Sequence record: LR597663
Length of the DNA: 64,000 nucleotides
DNA from: Escherichia phage VpaE1_ev78
Reading direction: 5' to 3' (one strand)
Shown here: positions 8,811 to 17,687 of the stretch, piece by piece
Layout: each line of letters begins with the position of its first letter
How positions within the stretch are numbered: the stretch's first letter is position 1
The notes under the pieces: generated by a model
Seen by the model: the letters and a program-made list of their open reading frames with translations, nothing else
Told to the model about the DNA's origin: nothing
Databases searched by the model: none
Program-made: the position numbers and the translations under genes

Positions 8811-9104
8811 ATGGCTATTATCAAAAACGTTGTAATTACTGCAAAAACTCGTGATGACGCTCGCGTTATGGCTAAAAAGTTATGCGGGAAAGTTGTTGAC
8901 AATGGGAAAAAATCTGCTGTAAGATGGGGCGTAAAGGTTGATAAACAGTTGAAGTTAAAAAATTCACCGATAAACCTTTTTACATGTGTAAACACTATCG
9001 GGAAGACAAATGTATACACGAAAAAGGCATACATTAGACGCGTAGCATTAACATCCCCCATTCGTACAATGAGAGGTTATGCAAAGCTGAAAATTAACAA
9101 ATAA
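8811..9104 (+). CDS. Hypothetical small early protein
   Basis: 97 aa ORF after type B cassette. Confidence 0.5.
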   Translation: MAIIKNVVITAKTRDDARVMAKKLCGKVVDNGKKSAVRWGVKVDKQLKLKNSPINLFTCVNTIGKTNVYTKKAYIRRVALTSPIRTMRGYAKLKINK

Positions 9105-9105
9105 A

Positions 9106-9189
9106 GTACTTTACAGGGGGCTTAAAAGTTGATATCTTAAGCCCCAGATAAAGAGCTTTACCACTTAATCCTAAACTGGAGATTCAAAA
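9106..9189 (+). promoter_or_regulatory. Cassette type B copy 2
   Basis: Same conserved unit (tactttacagggggctta...taagccccagataaagagctttacc...ggaga). Confidence 0.55.
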
Positions 9190-9702
9190 ATGAAAACTGT
9201 AGACGCTACCTTTGAAGTTGTAAAAGAAAAATTTTCCATCATCTACGAAGCGGTAAATTGCTACGAAGCAAGCCATAATCTTGATAATTGGGAGTTTACA
9301 GATGACCATCAAGGCGGTGTGACTGTTAAAAATCCTAACTGTCAGCGTAATGATTTTAAATATGCAATACCTTTGCATTACAGCCTTAAACAGCTTTCAA
9401 GTGACTATGCAAAACAAGGCCGGGAAAATCCATCAAAAGAGGCTTACACAAGCTTACAGAAAGAATTAGAAAGAGATTTAGAGGCTTCAGAATACAACCT
9501 TGCCGCGAAAGTTGTCGATGCAAATGGTCAAACAATTTTAGAAAGTTTTTATCTTGGTTATGCTTTCGATTGGTGCTATCGTGACGGCGATGATTTAGAG
9601 GATAGACTAAAAGAAGAGGTGAACAATTCAGACGCAGAAACTGAAGTATTAGAACGTTTGGAATCGTTGAAAGATTCAGTGATGAATATCTTTAAGAACT
9701 AA
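9190..9702 (+). CDS. Hypothetical acidic protein
   Basis: 170 aa ORF after type B cassette. Confidence 0.5.
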   Translation: MKTVDATFEVVKEKFSIIYEAVNCYEASHNLDNWEFTDDHQGGVTVKNPNCQRNDFKYAIPLHYSLKQLSSDYAKQGRENPSKEAYTSLQKELERDLEASEYNLAAKVVDANGQTILESFYLGYAFDWCYRDGDDLEDRLKEEVNNSDAETEVLERLESLKDSVMNIFKN

Positions 9703-9705
9703 ATA

Positions 9706-9794
9706 GATTTCTTTACACGGGGTTATCAGGCTGGTAGGATAGCCCCAGATAGAGAGATTTATCAAATAAAGCCCTTAAACTAGGAGATTCTAAA
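9706..9794 (+). promoter_or_regulatory. Cassette type B, diverged copy
   Basis: tttctttacacggggtta...tagccccagatagagag...ctaggagattctaaaATG retains layout with sequence drift. Confidence 0.4.
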
Positions 9795-10091
9795 ATGAAA
9801 TTATCAAATCAAGTGCGTGAAAATCTGAGCAAATTACTCAACAAAATTGATTTCATTGAAACATCAAGGAATAGCCATGATGTTATGGAATGGTTACACG
9901 GCAAAATAAAAGGTCGTCGTGTAGTGATTTGCTTATGGAACAGTTGCAGGGAGTATAAAAAACCTGTATTGCAAGTCAATATCTATGATGACACTTTTAA
10001 AAGTCCAGTAAAGTCTAAAAGCGATTTATTAGAATCCTATGAGATAACTGTAAGTGGCAAAGTATCACGTAAAGAGGAAACACCATGTTAA
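9795..10091 (+). CDS. Hypothetical small early protein
   Basis: 98 aa ORF. Confidence 0.45.
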   Translation: MKLSNQVRENLSKLLNKIDFIETSRNSHDVMEWLHGKIKGRRVVICLWNSCREYKKPVLQVNIYDDTFKSPVKSKSDLLESYEITVSGKVSRKEETPC

Positions 10092-10417
10092 TGACTGGTA
10101 TCACTGCAATCATTGCCATTTTCGCGCTATATAAGGCATATAAAGCCTATAATCTAGCAAATAAGGCAATCACACAGCAGGTTAGCAATAACCTTGTAGA
10201 GAGCTTTCTAGGGCGTCTCAGTGATGAGCAAATAAAGCGGCTAGATATGAGCTTCAGATATAAAGCGAAAACCTATCAGATAAGTGACATCTTCAAAGAT
10301 GATTTTCAGTTAGTCGATGATTATAATTCTCTGATAAATGCTTTAAATGTCAGTGACTTAAAAGACTACTACGCTGTAATTGTTCAAGAGTTGAGCAAAC
10401 GAAAACAAAACTGTTGA
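10085..10417 (+). CDS. Hypothetical small membrane protein
   Basis: 110 aa; N-terminal hydrophobic segment LMTGITAIIAIFALY; stop codon lies inside the next promoter -35. Confidence 0.45.
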   Translation: MLMTGITAIIAIFALYKAYKAYNLANKAITQQVSNNLVESFLGRLSDEQIKRLDMSFRYKAKTYQISDIFKDDFQLVDDYNSLINALNVSDLKDYYAVIVQELSKRKQNC

Positions 10418-10442
10418 CACTGGTTTTTAGATAGATTAAATT
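10414..10442 (+). promoter_or_regulatory. Sigma70-like promoter (TTGACA-17-TAAATT)
   Basis: Consensus -35, 17 nt spacer, TAAATT -10, followed by type A stem-loop. Confidence 0.6.
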
Positions 10443-10447
10443 ACACA

Positions 10448-10506
10448 TCAACGGGGAGGGAATGACCTTCCCCACTAAATAAAGTCCTAAACTGGAGATT
10501 CAAAAA
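10448..10506 (+). promoter_or_regulatory. Cassette type A copy 2
   Basis: caacggggagggaatgaccttccccactaaataaagtcctaaactggagattcaaaaa. Confidence 0.6.
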
Positions 10507-10665
10507 ATGTTTTGTGCAGGTGATAAAGTTGTCTGGAATGATATAGATGACGGTTTATGTACGAAAGTTGTTGTTATCTTAGAAATTGATTATATCACTG
10601 GTGTTGCAACTGTAGCAGATAATGATATAATCTTTGATGTCTTAATTAGTGAACTGTCAAAATAA
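10507..10665 (+). CDS. Very small ORF (52 aa) missing from the ORF track
   Basis: ATG directly after a type A cassette with conserved RBS; open 52 codons to TAA. Confidence 0.4.
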   Translation: MFCAGDKVVWNDIDDGLCTKVVVILEIDYITGVATVADNDIIFDVLISELSK

Positions 10666-10690
10666 AATCCTTAAACTAGGAGCTTTTAAA

Positions 10691-10963
10691 ATGTATACTA
10701 CTAACAACGGTCGTACTTTAAATGTCACACTACGTCACTATGTGAACGGTGTAATGCACTTCGAGGATTTACAAGCTGAACAGCACATTTTGGATTGGCA
10801 AGTTGCAGGACTCCAAAAAACTGCTACAGGATACGGGAAAAAGATTCCAACCAGTTGGAAAGTATACTACGAAGGACGTTTGCGCAGAATTTATCAAGAT
10901 GTGCAAAGCAATAGCGCATCGAGTTACATTATAGTAAAAGGCAAAAAACTGCATTTAATGTAA
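10691..10963 (+). CDS. Hypothetical small early protein
   Basis: Start moved to ATG (MYTTNNG) after conserved RBS ctaggagcttttaaa; track start 10649 overlaps upstream ORF. Confidence 0.45.
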   Translation: MYTTNNGRTLNVTLRHYVNGVMHFEDLQAEQHILDWQVAGLQKTATGYGKKIPTSWKVYYEGRLRRIYQDVQSNSASSYIIVKGKKLHLM

Positions 10964-11049
10964 AGTACTTTACAAGGGGCTTGGAAGTTGATATCTTAAG
11001 CCCCAGATAAAGAGCTTTACCACTCAATCCTAAATTGGAGAACTTAAAA
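10964..11049 (+). promoter_or_regulatory. Cassette type B copy 3
   Basis: Conserved unit as copies 1-2. Confidence 0.55.
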
Positions 11050-11454
11050 ATGGCTATTAATAACCGTGAATTATCAATGTTAAAAGCACGTTTGACCGTT
11101 AATCGAATCAACATTATGACATCATCAGCGCCTGATGAGACATTGCACAACATTATCGGAAAGATTCAAAGCGTTATTTTAGACGTTGAAAACGTAAAAA
11201 GTTCATTGGCTGACGTTGCAGCAGGTATCACGCTAGACGGTGCGCAATATGAAATGTCCGACATGTTAGGCAAATCAAAGGTAATGAATAAAGAGCTTGA
11301 TTTAAAGATGTTCCGATTTGCTGTTAAAGTATGGCTATCCGTCGAGTATGACGCTAATTTTGCAATCGCTGATTTCTTTGCCACTTGGTTACAACGTAAT
11401 TTGACAAATCACGATTTTCGTGATGTCTGCGATGCAATTTATGCAGAACTCTAA
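11050..11454 (+). CDS. Hypothetical small early protein
   Basis: Start at ATG (MAINNREL) after conserved RBS; track start 11035 lies inside the cassette. Confidence 0.45.
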   Translation: MAINNRELSMLKARLTVNRINIMTSSAPDETLHNIIGKIQSVILDVENVKSSLADVAAGITLDGAQYEMSDMLGKSKVMNKELDLKMFRFAVKVWLSVEYDANFAIADFFATWLQRNLTNHDFRDVCDAIYAEL

Positions 11455-11462
11455 AAATTTTG

Positions 11463-11491
11463 TTGACACTGGTTTTTAGATAGATTAAATT
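11463..11491 (+). promoter_or_regulatory. Sigma70-like promoter (TTGACA-17-TAAATT), duplicate of 10414-10442
   Basis: Identical promoter sequence ttgacactggtttttagatagattaaatt. Confidence 0.6.
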
Positions 11492-11495
11492 ACAC

Positions 11496-11554
11496 ATCAA
11501 CGGGGAGGGAATGACCTTCCCCACTAAATAAAGTCCTAAACTGGAGATTCTAAA
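11496..11554 (+). promoter_or_regulatory. Cassette type A copy 3
   Basis: Conserved stem-loop and RBS unit. Confidence 0.6.
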
Positions 11555-11758
11555 ATGGCTATTATTAATGGTTTAACCATTGAAACTACACACATCAAAG
11601 ATATCAAAGTTGGCGATATAGTCCTTTCCCACGGCGTAGAAAAAACTGTCACTGCAAAGGATATCAAAGAGGATTCTTTCATGGGTAGGACTCTTTTCGG
11701 TGATTCTTATTGCTTAGGTTACCTTGCAGTTTTAAAAGTTGTCAAAAATAACAAATAA
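11555..11758 (+). CDS. Hypothetical small early protein
   Basis: 67 aa ORF after type A cassette. Confidence 0.45.
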   Translation: MAIINGLTIETTHIKDIKVGDIVLSHGVEKTVTAKDIKEDSFMGRTLFGDSYCLGYLAVLKVVKNNK

Positions 11759-11842
11759 AGTACTTTACAAGGGGCTTATAAGTCTGTAAAGTAAGCCCCA
11801 GATAAAGAGCTTTACACAATCCTTAAACTAGGAGATTAAAAA
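11759..11842 (+). promoter_or_regulatory. Cassette type B copy 4
   Basis: Conserved unit. Confidence 0.55.
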
Positions 11843-12091
11843 ATGATGAACTATTTCAATATCCCTGATACCTGCCGACTGTTGACACGAGAAGAAAACT
11901 TGGGTAAACCTTTTCTTTACCACATGCCAGATAACACACCAAAAACTTATAGTTACAATGTCAACCGTTTTACCGCATACGCTGCAAAGAACGGTTATAA
12001 GTTGGTCACTCAAAAAGTAATGCTGGTTACAATCGCTGACGAGGTTCCTACGGTTGCAGTTAAACTAATTTTCTCAAAGAAAGTTAAATAA
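11843..12091 (+). CDS. Hypothetical small early protein
   Basis: 82 aa ORF after type B cassette. Confidence 0.45.
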   Translation: MMNYFNIPDTCRLLTREENLGKPFLYHMPDNTPKTYSYNVNRFTAYAAKNGYKLVTQKVMLVTIADEVPTVAVKLIFSKKVK

Positions 12092-12178
12092 AGTACTTTA
12101 CAAGGGGCTTATAGTTCGATAAAGTAAGCCCCAGATAAAGAGCTTTACCACTAAATCCTTAAACTAGGAGATTCTAAA
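12092..12178 (+). promoter_or_regulatory. Cassette type B copy 5
   Basis: Conserved unit. Confidence 0.55.
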
Positions 12179-12721
12179 ATGAAATGCTATCACGGAACTA
12201 CTCAAGAAAATTTCCTCAACCTGATTAATAACGGTGATAAACCATCAGGCGCATGGAATTGTTCAGATATGGACGGCAATTTTTACGTGTATCCAGAAAA
12301 TAAAATCTATGGCGACGATGAGGAAGAAATAGCATCAGAGGGCATTCAGCAAGCTCTAGGCAATGCCACTATCACCGCAGCTTTTCAGATGAAGACTCAA
12401 AATATTGTTATCTTAGAACTCGATATTCCAGAGGATGAGCTAAATGATGATTATTCTTGTGATAATATGTCGAGTGTAGCAAGTTTTACAGAGTACTTTG
12501 ATGTAAATTGGATTAAAAAGGTCTATACAACAGAGTTTAACGCTATGTATTCACCTTTTTGTCTTCCTTCATTGGATAACCCAAATTTAAACTATCTTGA
12601 CGAGTCTCTGGAGCTTCTTGCTAAAAGTGTTCAACAGTCAGACAGTATTCAGGTTTTTTGTGACATCATGGATACACTAACAGGAAACATTGCAGAAGAG
12701 GATTTAAAGAGCTTTTTCTAA
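12179..12721 (+). CDS. Hypothetical highly acidic protein
   Basis: 180 aa ORF rich in Asp/Glu (DDEEEIASEG, EDELNDDYSCDN); followed by terminator. Confidence 0.5.
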   Translation: MKCYHGTTQENFLNLINNGDKPSGAWNCSDMDGNFYVYPENKIYGDDEEEIASEGIQQALGNATITAAFQMKTQNIVILELDIPEDELNDDYSCDNMSSVASFTEYFDVNWIKKVYTTEFNAMYSPFCLPSLDNPNLNYLDESLELLAKSVQQSDSIQVFCDIMDTLTGNIAEEDLKSFF

Positions 12722-12747
12722 AAACCTATGCAATCACCTTATAAACA

Positions 12748-12776
12748 CTAATCAGCCCCTTGTAGGGGCTTTTAGG
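12748..12776 (+). terminator. Rho-independent terminator
   Basis: cagcccc-ttgt-aggggct followed by TTT. Confidence 0.55.
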
Positions 12777-12787
12777 AGGCTTAAATC

Positions 12788-13030
12788 ATGCTTACAACCG
12801 TTTATCTCATCCTTTCTATTTGTAATGGCCATTCATGTGACTTTAAAGGGCTTGAAGAGTTTACAGGAAGTAAAGAAAATGCTATTCAGGTTTGCCAGAT
12901 AGCAAGACAAGACTATCCCGCCAGTGATGATATACAATGTTACTTTAAGACAGAAGATGAAGACGGTATCTATTTTGACAGCGTAGATGGTCAATATGAA
13001 ATCATCATTGAAAAGACTAGACAAGCCTGA
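12788..13030 (+). CDS. Hypothetical small early protein
   Basis: 80 aa ORF with AGGAGG RBS. Confidence 0.45.
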   Translation: MLTTVYLILSICNGHSCDFKGLEEFTGSKENAIQVCQIARQDYPASDDIQCYFKTEDEDGIYFDSVDGQYEIIIEKTRQA

Positions 13031-13051
13031 TAAAAGTCTGTAAATTACTAA

Positions 13052-13109
13052 TCAACGGGGAGGGAATAACCCCCCTACTAAATAAAGTCCTAAACTGGAG
13101 ATTCTAAAA
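13052..13109 (+). promoter_or_regulatory. Cassette type A copy 4 (variant stem)
   Basis: caacggggagggaataacccccctactaaataaagtcctaaactggagattctaaaa. Confidence 0.55.
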
Positions 13110-13451
13110 ATGGCTTATGTAACCGTAATTACCGATAAAGAGGGTTCATCTTGGTCAACTCAAGTAAGTGACAAGATGTCACCTATGCAGTGCCTAAAAT
13201 ACTTTGAACAGTGGAACAAAGGTGAGGACACAAGCCCCTTTCAAGTGATGCAGATTATCCATGTAGACAACGAAGGGAATAAAACGACGCTGAATAGTGA
13301 GTACTATGCAAGCCGTTTTGAAACAAGAAGTAAAACGATGAAGCTCTTACGTGAATCCGGTTATGCCCATATTGCCGCGCTAATCTGGGATGACCTGCTA
13401 AAAAGTCAGCGTATCAGCTATGTAAAACCTGAAAAAATATTCATCAGTTAA
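13110..13451 (+). CDS. Hypothetical small early protein
   Basis: 113 aa ORF after type A cassette. Confidence 0.5.
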   Translation: MAYVTVITDKEGSSWSTQVSDKMSPMQCLKYFEQWNKGEDTSPFQVMQIIHVDNEGNKTTLNSEYYASRFETRSKTMKLLRESGYAHIAALIWDDLLKSQRISYVKPEKIFIS

Positions 13452-13483
13452 TCAATAACTTACAAAAAACTTTTAAAAAAATG

Positions 13484-13512
13484 TTGACAATACCCCTTGA
13501 CATTGGTAACTT
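13484..13512 (+). promoter_or_regulatory. Sigma70-like promoter (TTGACA-17-TAACTT)
   Basis: Consensus -35 and 17 nt spacer. Confidence 0.5.
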
Positions 13513-13579
13513 TGTTCGAGGGGGTTTATCTAAAAGGATTCACTTAAAAGATTCTTTATAGATAAGCTTAAAAAATTGC

Positions 13580-13608
13580 TTGCAATCAGCTATCAAAACA
13601 AGTAAATT
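13580..13608 (+). promoter_or_regulatory. Sigma70-like promoter (TTGCAA-17-TAAATT)
   Basis: -35-like hexamer, 17 nt spacer, TAAATT -10, followed by type A stem-loop. Confidence 0.5.
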
Positions 13609-13610
13609 AC

Positions 13611-13668
13611 TAATCAACGGGAGGGATGACCTCCCCCACTAAATAAAATCCTAAACTGGAGATTCAAA
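13611..13668 (+). promoter_or_regulatory. Cassette type A copy 5
   Basis: caacgggagggatgacctcccccactaaataaaatcctaaactggagattcaaa. Confidence 0.55.
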
Positions 13669-13932
13669 ATGGAACACGTCGAACTGACCACAATTTTACA
13701 AATTGCAACCGACAAAGAGGATGTAGCATTATTCCACCGTATCGAAAGTGATTTGTTCAATGGTGAAATCATTAAAGAGTCTTACGAAGTTGTCGGATTC
13801 AAAGACGGTAAAGCGTTCGGATTCTTTGACCTCGACAAAGGCAAAGCGGTTACAAAATATGATGTTTTATCTTGTGAGATTCTGACAAAATACAACGAAA
13901 AAAGACTTGCAACATACACCAATATGCAGTAA
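13669..13932 (+). CDS. Hypothetical small early protein
   Basis: 87 aa ORF. Confidence 0.45.
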   Translation: MEHVELTTILQIATDKEDVALFHRIESDLFNGEIIKESYEVVGFKDGKAFGFFDLDKGKAVTKYDVLSCEILTKYNEKRLATYTNMQ

Positions 13933-13937
13933 ATTAC

Positions 13938-14012
13938 TAATCAACGGGGAGGGAATGACCTTCCCCACTAAATAAAGTCCTTAAACTACTTCCTAAACTG
14001 GAGATTCTAAAA
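13938..14012 (+). promoter_or_regulatory. Cassette type A copy 6 (with duplicated RBS segment)
   Basis: TAAATT -10 followed by conserved stem-loop; RBS region partly duplicated (cctaaact twice). Confidence 0.55.
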
Positions 14013-14261
14013 ATGGCAACTATCCGCGCAACTGTCAATGCTTATGGCTGTTATACTCTGGACGTTAAATTCGATATTGGTGGAACTGATGAATGCTTTT
14101 CATTAGTGAAGACAGTTATCAAGCAAGTCATTCCAGATTATAATCCTACTGATGACTTCTGGAAAGATGCTGTAAAAGAGGCATTAAACGATGAACATCA
14201 TTACCATTATTGGGGTGACTTAATTGTCTCCCTGTACTACAATAAACAAGGTTACAACTAA
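14013..14261 (+). CDS. Hypothetical small early protein
   Basis: 82 aa ORF, last gene of the plus-strand early array. Confidence 0.45.
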   Translation: MATIRATVNAYGCYTLDVKFDIGGTDECFSLVKTVIKQVIPDYNPTDDFWKDAVKEALNDEHHYHYWGDLIVSLYYNKQGYN

Positions 14262-14299
14262 TCGACGCAACGGGGCTAAATAGCCCCAGATACCTTCAC

Positions 14300-14330
14300 A
14301 GCCCCATTTAAGGGGCTTTTTTACGTCTAT
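14300..14330 (+). terminator. Rho-independent terminator ending the early plus-strand unit
   Basis: cagcccc-attta-aggggct followed by TTTTTTA. Confidence 0.6.
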
Positions 14331-14350
14331 GTAATAGCCTCTATACAATC

Positions 14351-14372
14351 CCTTTCCTTTCCTTTCCTTTCC
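14351..14372. repeat. Microsatellite (CCTTT)4
   Basis: cctttcctttcctttcctttcc read directly. Confidence 0.8.
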
Positions 14373-15904
14373 AGAATCTTACCAGACCTTAAAAGTAATA
14401 ACTCTATAGCTTACTCTATAACCTCTTATCAAATCAACTTAAATATAAGCCCATAACCCGAGAGGGAAGGGCAACCGTTTAAACGCTCTATAAAGCTCTA
14501 TAACGGCCTTATCAACCTAACTTAAGGGATTGCATTAACTCACCCTAAAAAGCCCTTTATAGAGCTTCCTATAGCCTTAAAAGAATCTTATAAGGGTGTA
14601 AGCTTTATCATCTCGTTAGTTATCTTGTGAACTACTAAAAAGGGCTATGAGATAGGAATCTATCGAATCCTATTGTTAGTGTCTTAAAAGTATGTTATAG
14701 GGGCTTTAAAGTTACTTCAAAGTTGCTTAAAAGGAGCTATAAAGTTACGTAAATGCTAGCCCCCTTAACATTTTCTTAACAATTTCTTAACAATCCCTAC
14801 ATAGTTATGCTTTTAAGGCACTTGTTAGCAACTTGTTAGCCCCTTGTTAAATCTCTGTTAAGACCACGTAAAAGCCTTGTAAGAGTCTTTGACATAGCCT
14901 TAAAAGCTCCTGTAAAGCCCTATAAAGAGGTATCTGTACAGTTGGGGGATAGATACTAGGAAGAGACTTAAAAGAGCTTATAAAGAGCTATAGAGAGCTT
15001 TTAAGAGGTATGTTTAAAGAATCACTAAGAAAGGAAAGGGAACGATAAGAAAAGAAGTAGTGACCATGTTAATAGCTTGTTAAAAAGATTAAACACTTGT
15101 TAGAAACTTGTTAATTATCTTAACAAAATAACTCTTAAAAATTAACTTGTTAGCTCTTGTTAGTCATCTGTTAAGATTCTGTAAAGCCTATTCAGTACTT
15201 GTTAGAAATCTGTTACAGCCTTGTTAGTTCTGTTAAGAATCTGTTAAGACCTTTGAAGAGTTGTTAAGAAGGTGTTAGAACTGTTAAGAGATTGTTAAGG
15301 ATATTTTAAAATTTTGCAAAGTACTTGTAAGGGAGCTGTTAAGGGCTACCAAGCAGATATACATCCTAATCAGATATTTTTGAGTTCCTTCAAAGACCCT
15401 AAAAAATGACTTGACAGTCCTATTTTATAAAAATTTTAAGATTCTGAATAATTACCTATACAGCCTTTTAAAAATACAGGTAATAACAGGCTTATAAGAT
15501 ACCTTGTTAGTACCGTGTTAGACCTTGTGAGATAAGGTCTGTAAAGATATTCCTGTTAAGTTTGTTAAAACAGTCTATATAGAGGCTTAGTAATACCTAG
15601 TGAACACCTATAGAGAGTATCATAGCTAACATAGAGATTAAGAGGTGTATAGGAGCTTCTAAGAAGGTGTAGAGGGATGGTTAAGGTGATTGTATAGGTT
15701 GTTAAGAAGGCTTGTTAGAGGGCTTGTTAGAAGGGTTATACAGAGGGGCTATTAAGACCACTAGATAGTTACTAAGATACTATATAGTACTATATAACTA
15801 TATAGAGAGTAAGATTAAGAAGGTTGTTAAGAAGGATAGATACTTTATTCACATATGATGGTGACCCAGAGGTTGGGACAACCGATAAAATTTTATAAAA
15901 AATA

Positions 15905-15935
15905 TAAATTTCGTAAATTTTACTCAATAAAAAGC
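15905..15935 (-). terminator. Rho-independent terminator for the minus-strand unit
   Basis: Minus-strand reading agcctcc-ttaatt-gggggct followed by TTTTTATT. Confidence 0.5.
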
Positions 15936-15963
15936 CCCCAATTAAGGAGGCTCTTAAGATATT

Positions 15964-16557
15964 TTAAATCAGTGTTTCCAGAACTGTTTTTAGGGATGAC
16001 TTAGTTGTCTGATAAAAATGAGTGAATCCGTTGTTATTATCGAATATCTGCATCATGATATCATCTCCCTTGATTGGATACACTCGGATATCATAGTGAA
16101 ACCCATTAAAGACAGCAGAACCATTACAGAACACACTAAAATCATCCACTGAGATGTACTCTTCATGACCTGTGATTTTTATACAGATACCCTTACTTGG
16201 TCTCTTAGGATTGATGTCTTCCATAATAGACATACTCTGTCCACCAAGAGATACCATCGTGACCACTTTACGGTTCTTCTGTTTAAAGTACATCTTAACT
16301 TTCTGCAAAGTGTCTTCATAGAACGGATAAGACCTTTCTACAAAGATTCCTTCAAGTGGCTCTTTACCATTTTCAACTTCTCGGTTATGCCGTACTGCAA
16401 AGATAATTTGTTCGAACCAGTCAAGATTTTCTTCGGAGAGTGCTTCCCGAATATCACTCCAATCAAGGACTAGATAGTTACCTTCAACTTCTTTTAAGTT
16501 ATCTTTTTCCATAGCTATCACACCATTATCGTAAAACTTGGTAAGCTGGAACCGCAA
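15964..16557 (-). CDS. Hypothetical protein
   Basis: 197 aa ORF, last gene of minus-strand operon. Confidence 0.45.
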   Translation of the reverse strand: MRFQLTKFYDNGVIAMEKDNLKEVEGNYLVLDWSDIREALSEENLDWFEQIIFAVRHNREVENGKEPLEGIFVERSYPFYEDTLQKVKMYFKQKNRKVVTMVSLGGQSMSIMEDINPKRPSKGICIKITGHEEYISVDDFSVFCNGSAVFNGFHYDIRVYPIKGDDIMMQIFDNNNGFTHFYQTTKSSLKTVLETLI

Positions 16558-16990
16558 ACTTGTTGCCGTTGTTCTTAATGAGGTCTTCTTCTGTTACTAA
16601 GAATGTAATCCCACACAAGTGTGTGTAGTGGCTATCATACTCAAATATTTTAAGTAAGTATTTACCATCGTGATAAACAGATTCTACTACACCTTTTGCA
16701 ACAATCTTTCCAGTCTTGAAATCTTTAAGAGGGTATACATTACCAACTTTAGGGACTGTTTTCATCTCAGGTTCTTTTAGCTTCTCACTAACTTCTACAT
16801 CACCTAGTAAGTGAGAACTTTCAAACGCTACATATTGCATATAGGCTTCTGAGCATTCCCAGATAAAACAATGTACAAGAACCTTAGCAGCATGTCTTGA
16901 GCAATTTAACTTATCACAAATTTCTTTGTACATTTCGTCTTTAGTTGAGTTGTCAAGCATTGCTCTTTGCACTACTTCTTTAACTTTCAT
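16526..16990 (-). CDS. Hypothetical protein
   Basis: 154 aa ORF. Confidence 0.45.
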   Translation of the reverse strand: MKVKEVVQRAMLDNSTKDEMYKEICDKLNCSRHAAKVLVHCFIWECSEAYMQYVAFESSHLLGDVEVSEKLKEPEMKTVPKVGNVYPLKDFKTGKIVAKGVVESVYHDGKYLLKIFEYDSHYTHLCGITFLVTEEDLIKNNGNKFAVPAYQVLR

Positions 16991-17408
16991 AAGCTCTCCG
17001 AATAACCCTATTAAGCATCTCTAAAGTCAGTTTTCCAGACTCTAAATGTGGCATAACAAGCTTTAAAGCTTTTTCAACATCATGCACAACATCTATTATA
17101 CCTTCTGCATAGGCTTCTACAAGGATATCTTTTACGTTTTGTTGGTTACCTTTTTGTGGTATCACTAGATGCATATCAAAATCATTTGCTTGAGGATGGT
17201 CACTGCCACGCCAATAACCCTCTTTGTTAAAGCTGATGTAGTTACCGTGGTAAAAGTGTATACCATTAACTTTAAACTTTTCCAGTACAAGGCATTGAAT
17301 GGGGTATTCAGTATCCCAATCCCTGACTCCTAGAGCCTTCACTGTTGCGATATACTTCTGTGTTTTTGCATCTATGATGTCAAGTTCTTGACCAGCAATG
17401 ATTTGCAT
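16980..17408 (-). CDS. Hypothetical protein
   Basis: 142 aa ORF. Confidence 0.45.
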   Translation of the reverse strand: MQIIAGQELDIIDAKTQKYIATVKALGVRDWDTEYPIQCLVLEKFKVNGIHFYHGNYISFNKEGYWRGSDHPQANDFDMHLVIPQKGNQQNVKDILVEAYAEGIIDVVHDVEKALKLVMPHLESGKLTLEMLNRVIRRAYES

Positions 17409-17462
17409 ATTCGCTACCTTCTAAGTTCTATAAAGGGGCTATCAAGTAACCCCCTCAAGTTA

Positions 17463-17687
17463 CTACTCAGACTTTTCAGTCTTCTTATCGGATTTCTTGC
17501 TAGTCTTCTTCTCAGCTTTCTGCTCAGGTTCCTTCTCAGAAGTTGCCTTGATAACCATATCAAGAAGTTCTGATAAGTCACTCTTCAGAAGCGTTACAGG
17601 CTGCTCATTATAGAAGTTTTTGTCAAGATAAACTTTAAACTCTTCTATAGAAGGAAATCCAAAAATTGGTACAGGTGTCTTAATCAT
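17463..17687 (-). CDS. Hypothetical protein with Lys/Glu-rich C-terminal tail
   Basis: 74 aa; C-terminus EKEPEQKAEKKTSKKSDKKTEKSE. Confidence 0.4.
   Translation of the reverse strand: MIKTPVPIFGFPSIEEFKVYLDKNFYNEQPVTLLKSDLSELLDMVIKATSEKEPEQKAEKKTSKKSDKKTEKSE

Larger units (their letters stand above)
14262..15963. repeat. ORF-free 1.7 kb region with dense degenerate short repeats (TTGTTAG / TGTTAAG / TGTAAAG and TATAGAG / TATAAAG families)
   Basis: No ORF of 60 aa or more on either strand; dozens of motif copies often about 10-11 bp apart (e.g. cttgttagcaacttgttagccccttgttaaatctctgttaag at 14821-14865; dense run 15121-15300); convergent terminators on both flanks. Confidence 0.7.

Noticed and set aside
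14262-15963. Possible CRISPR array in the repeat-rich island
   Set aside because: Repeats are short (7-8 nt), degenerate and irregularly spaced; no 25-40 bp identical repeats with unique spacers, no leader, no cas genes.
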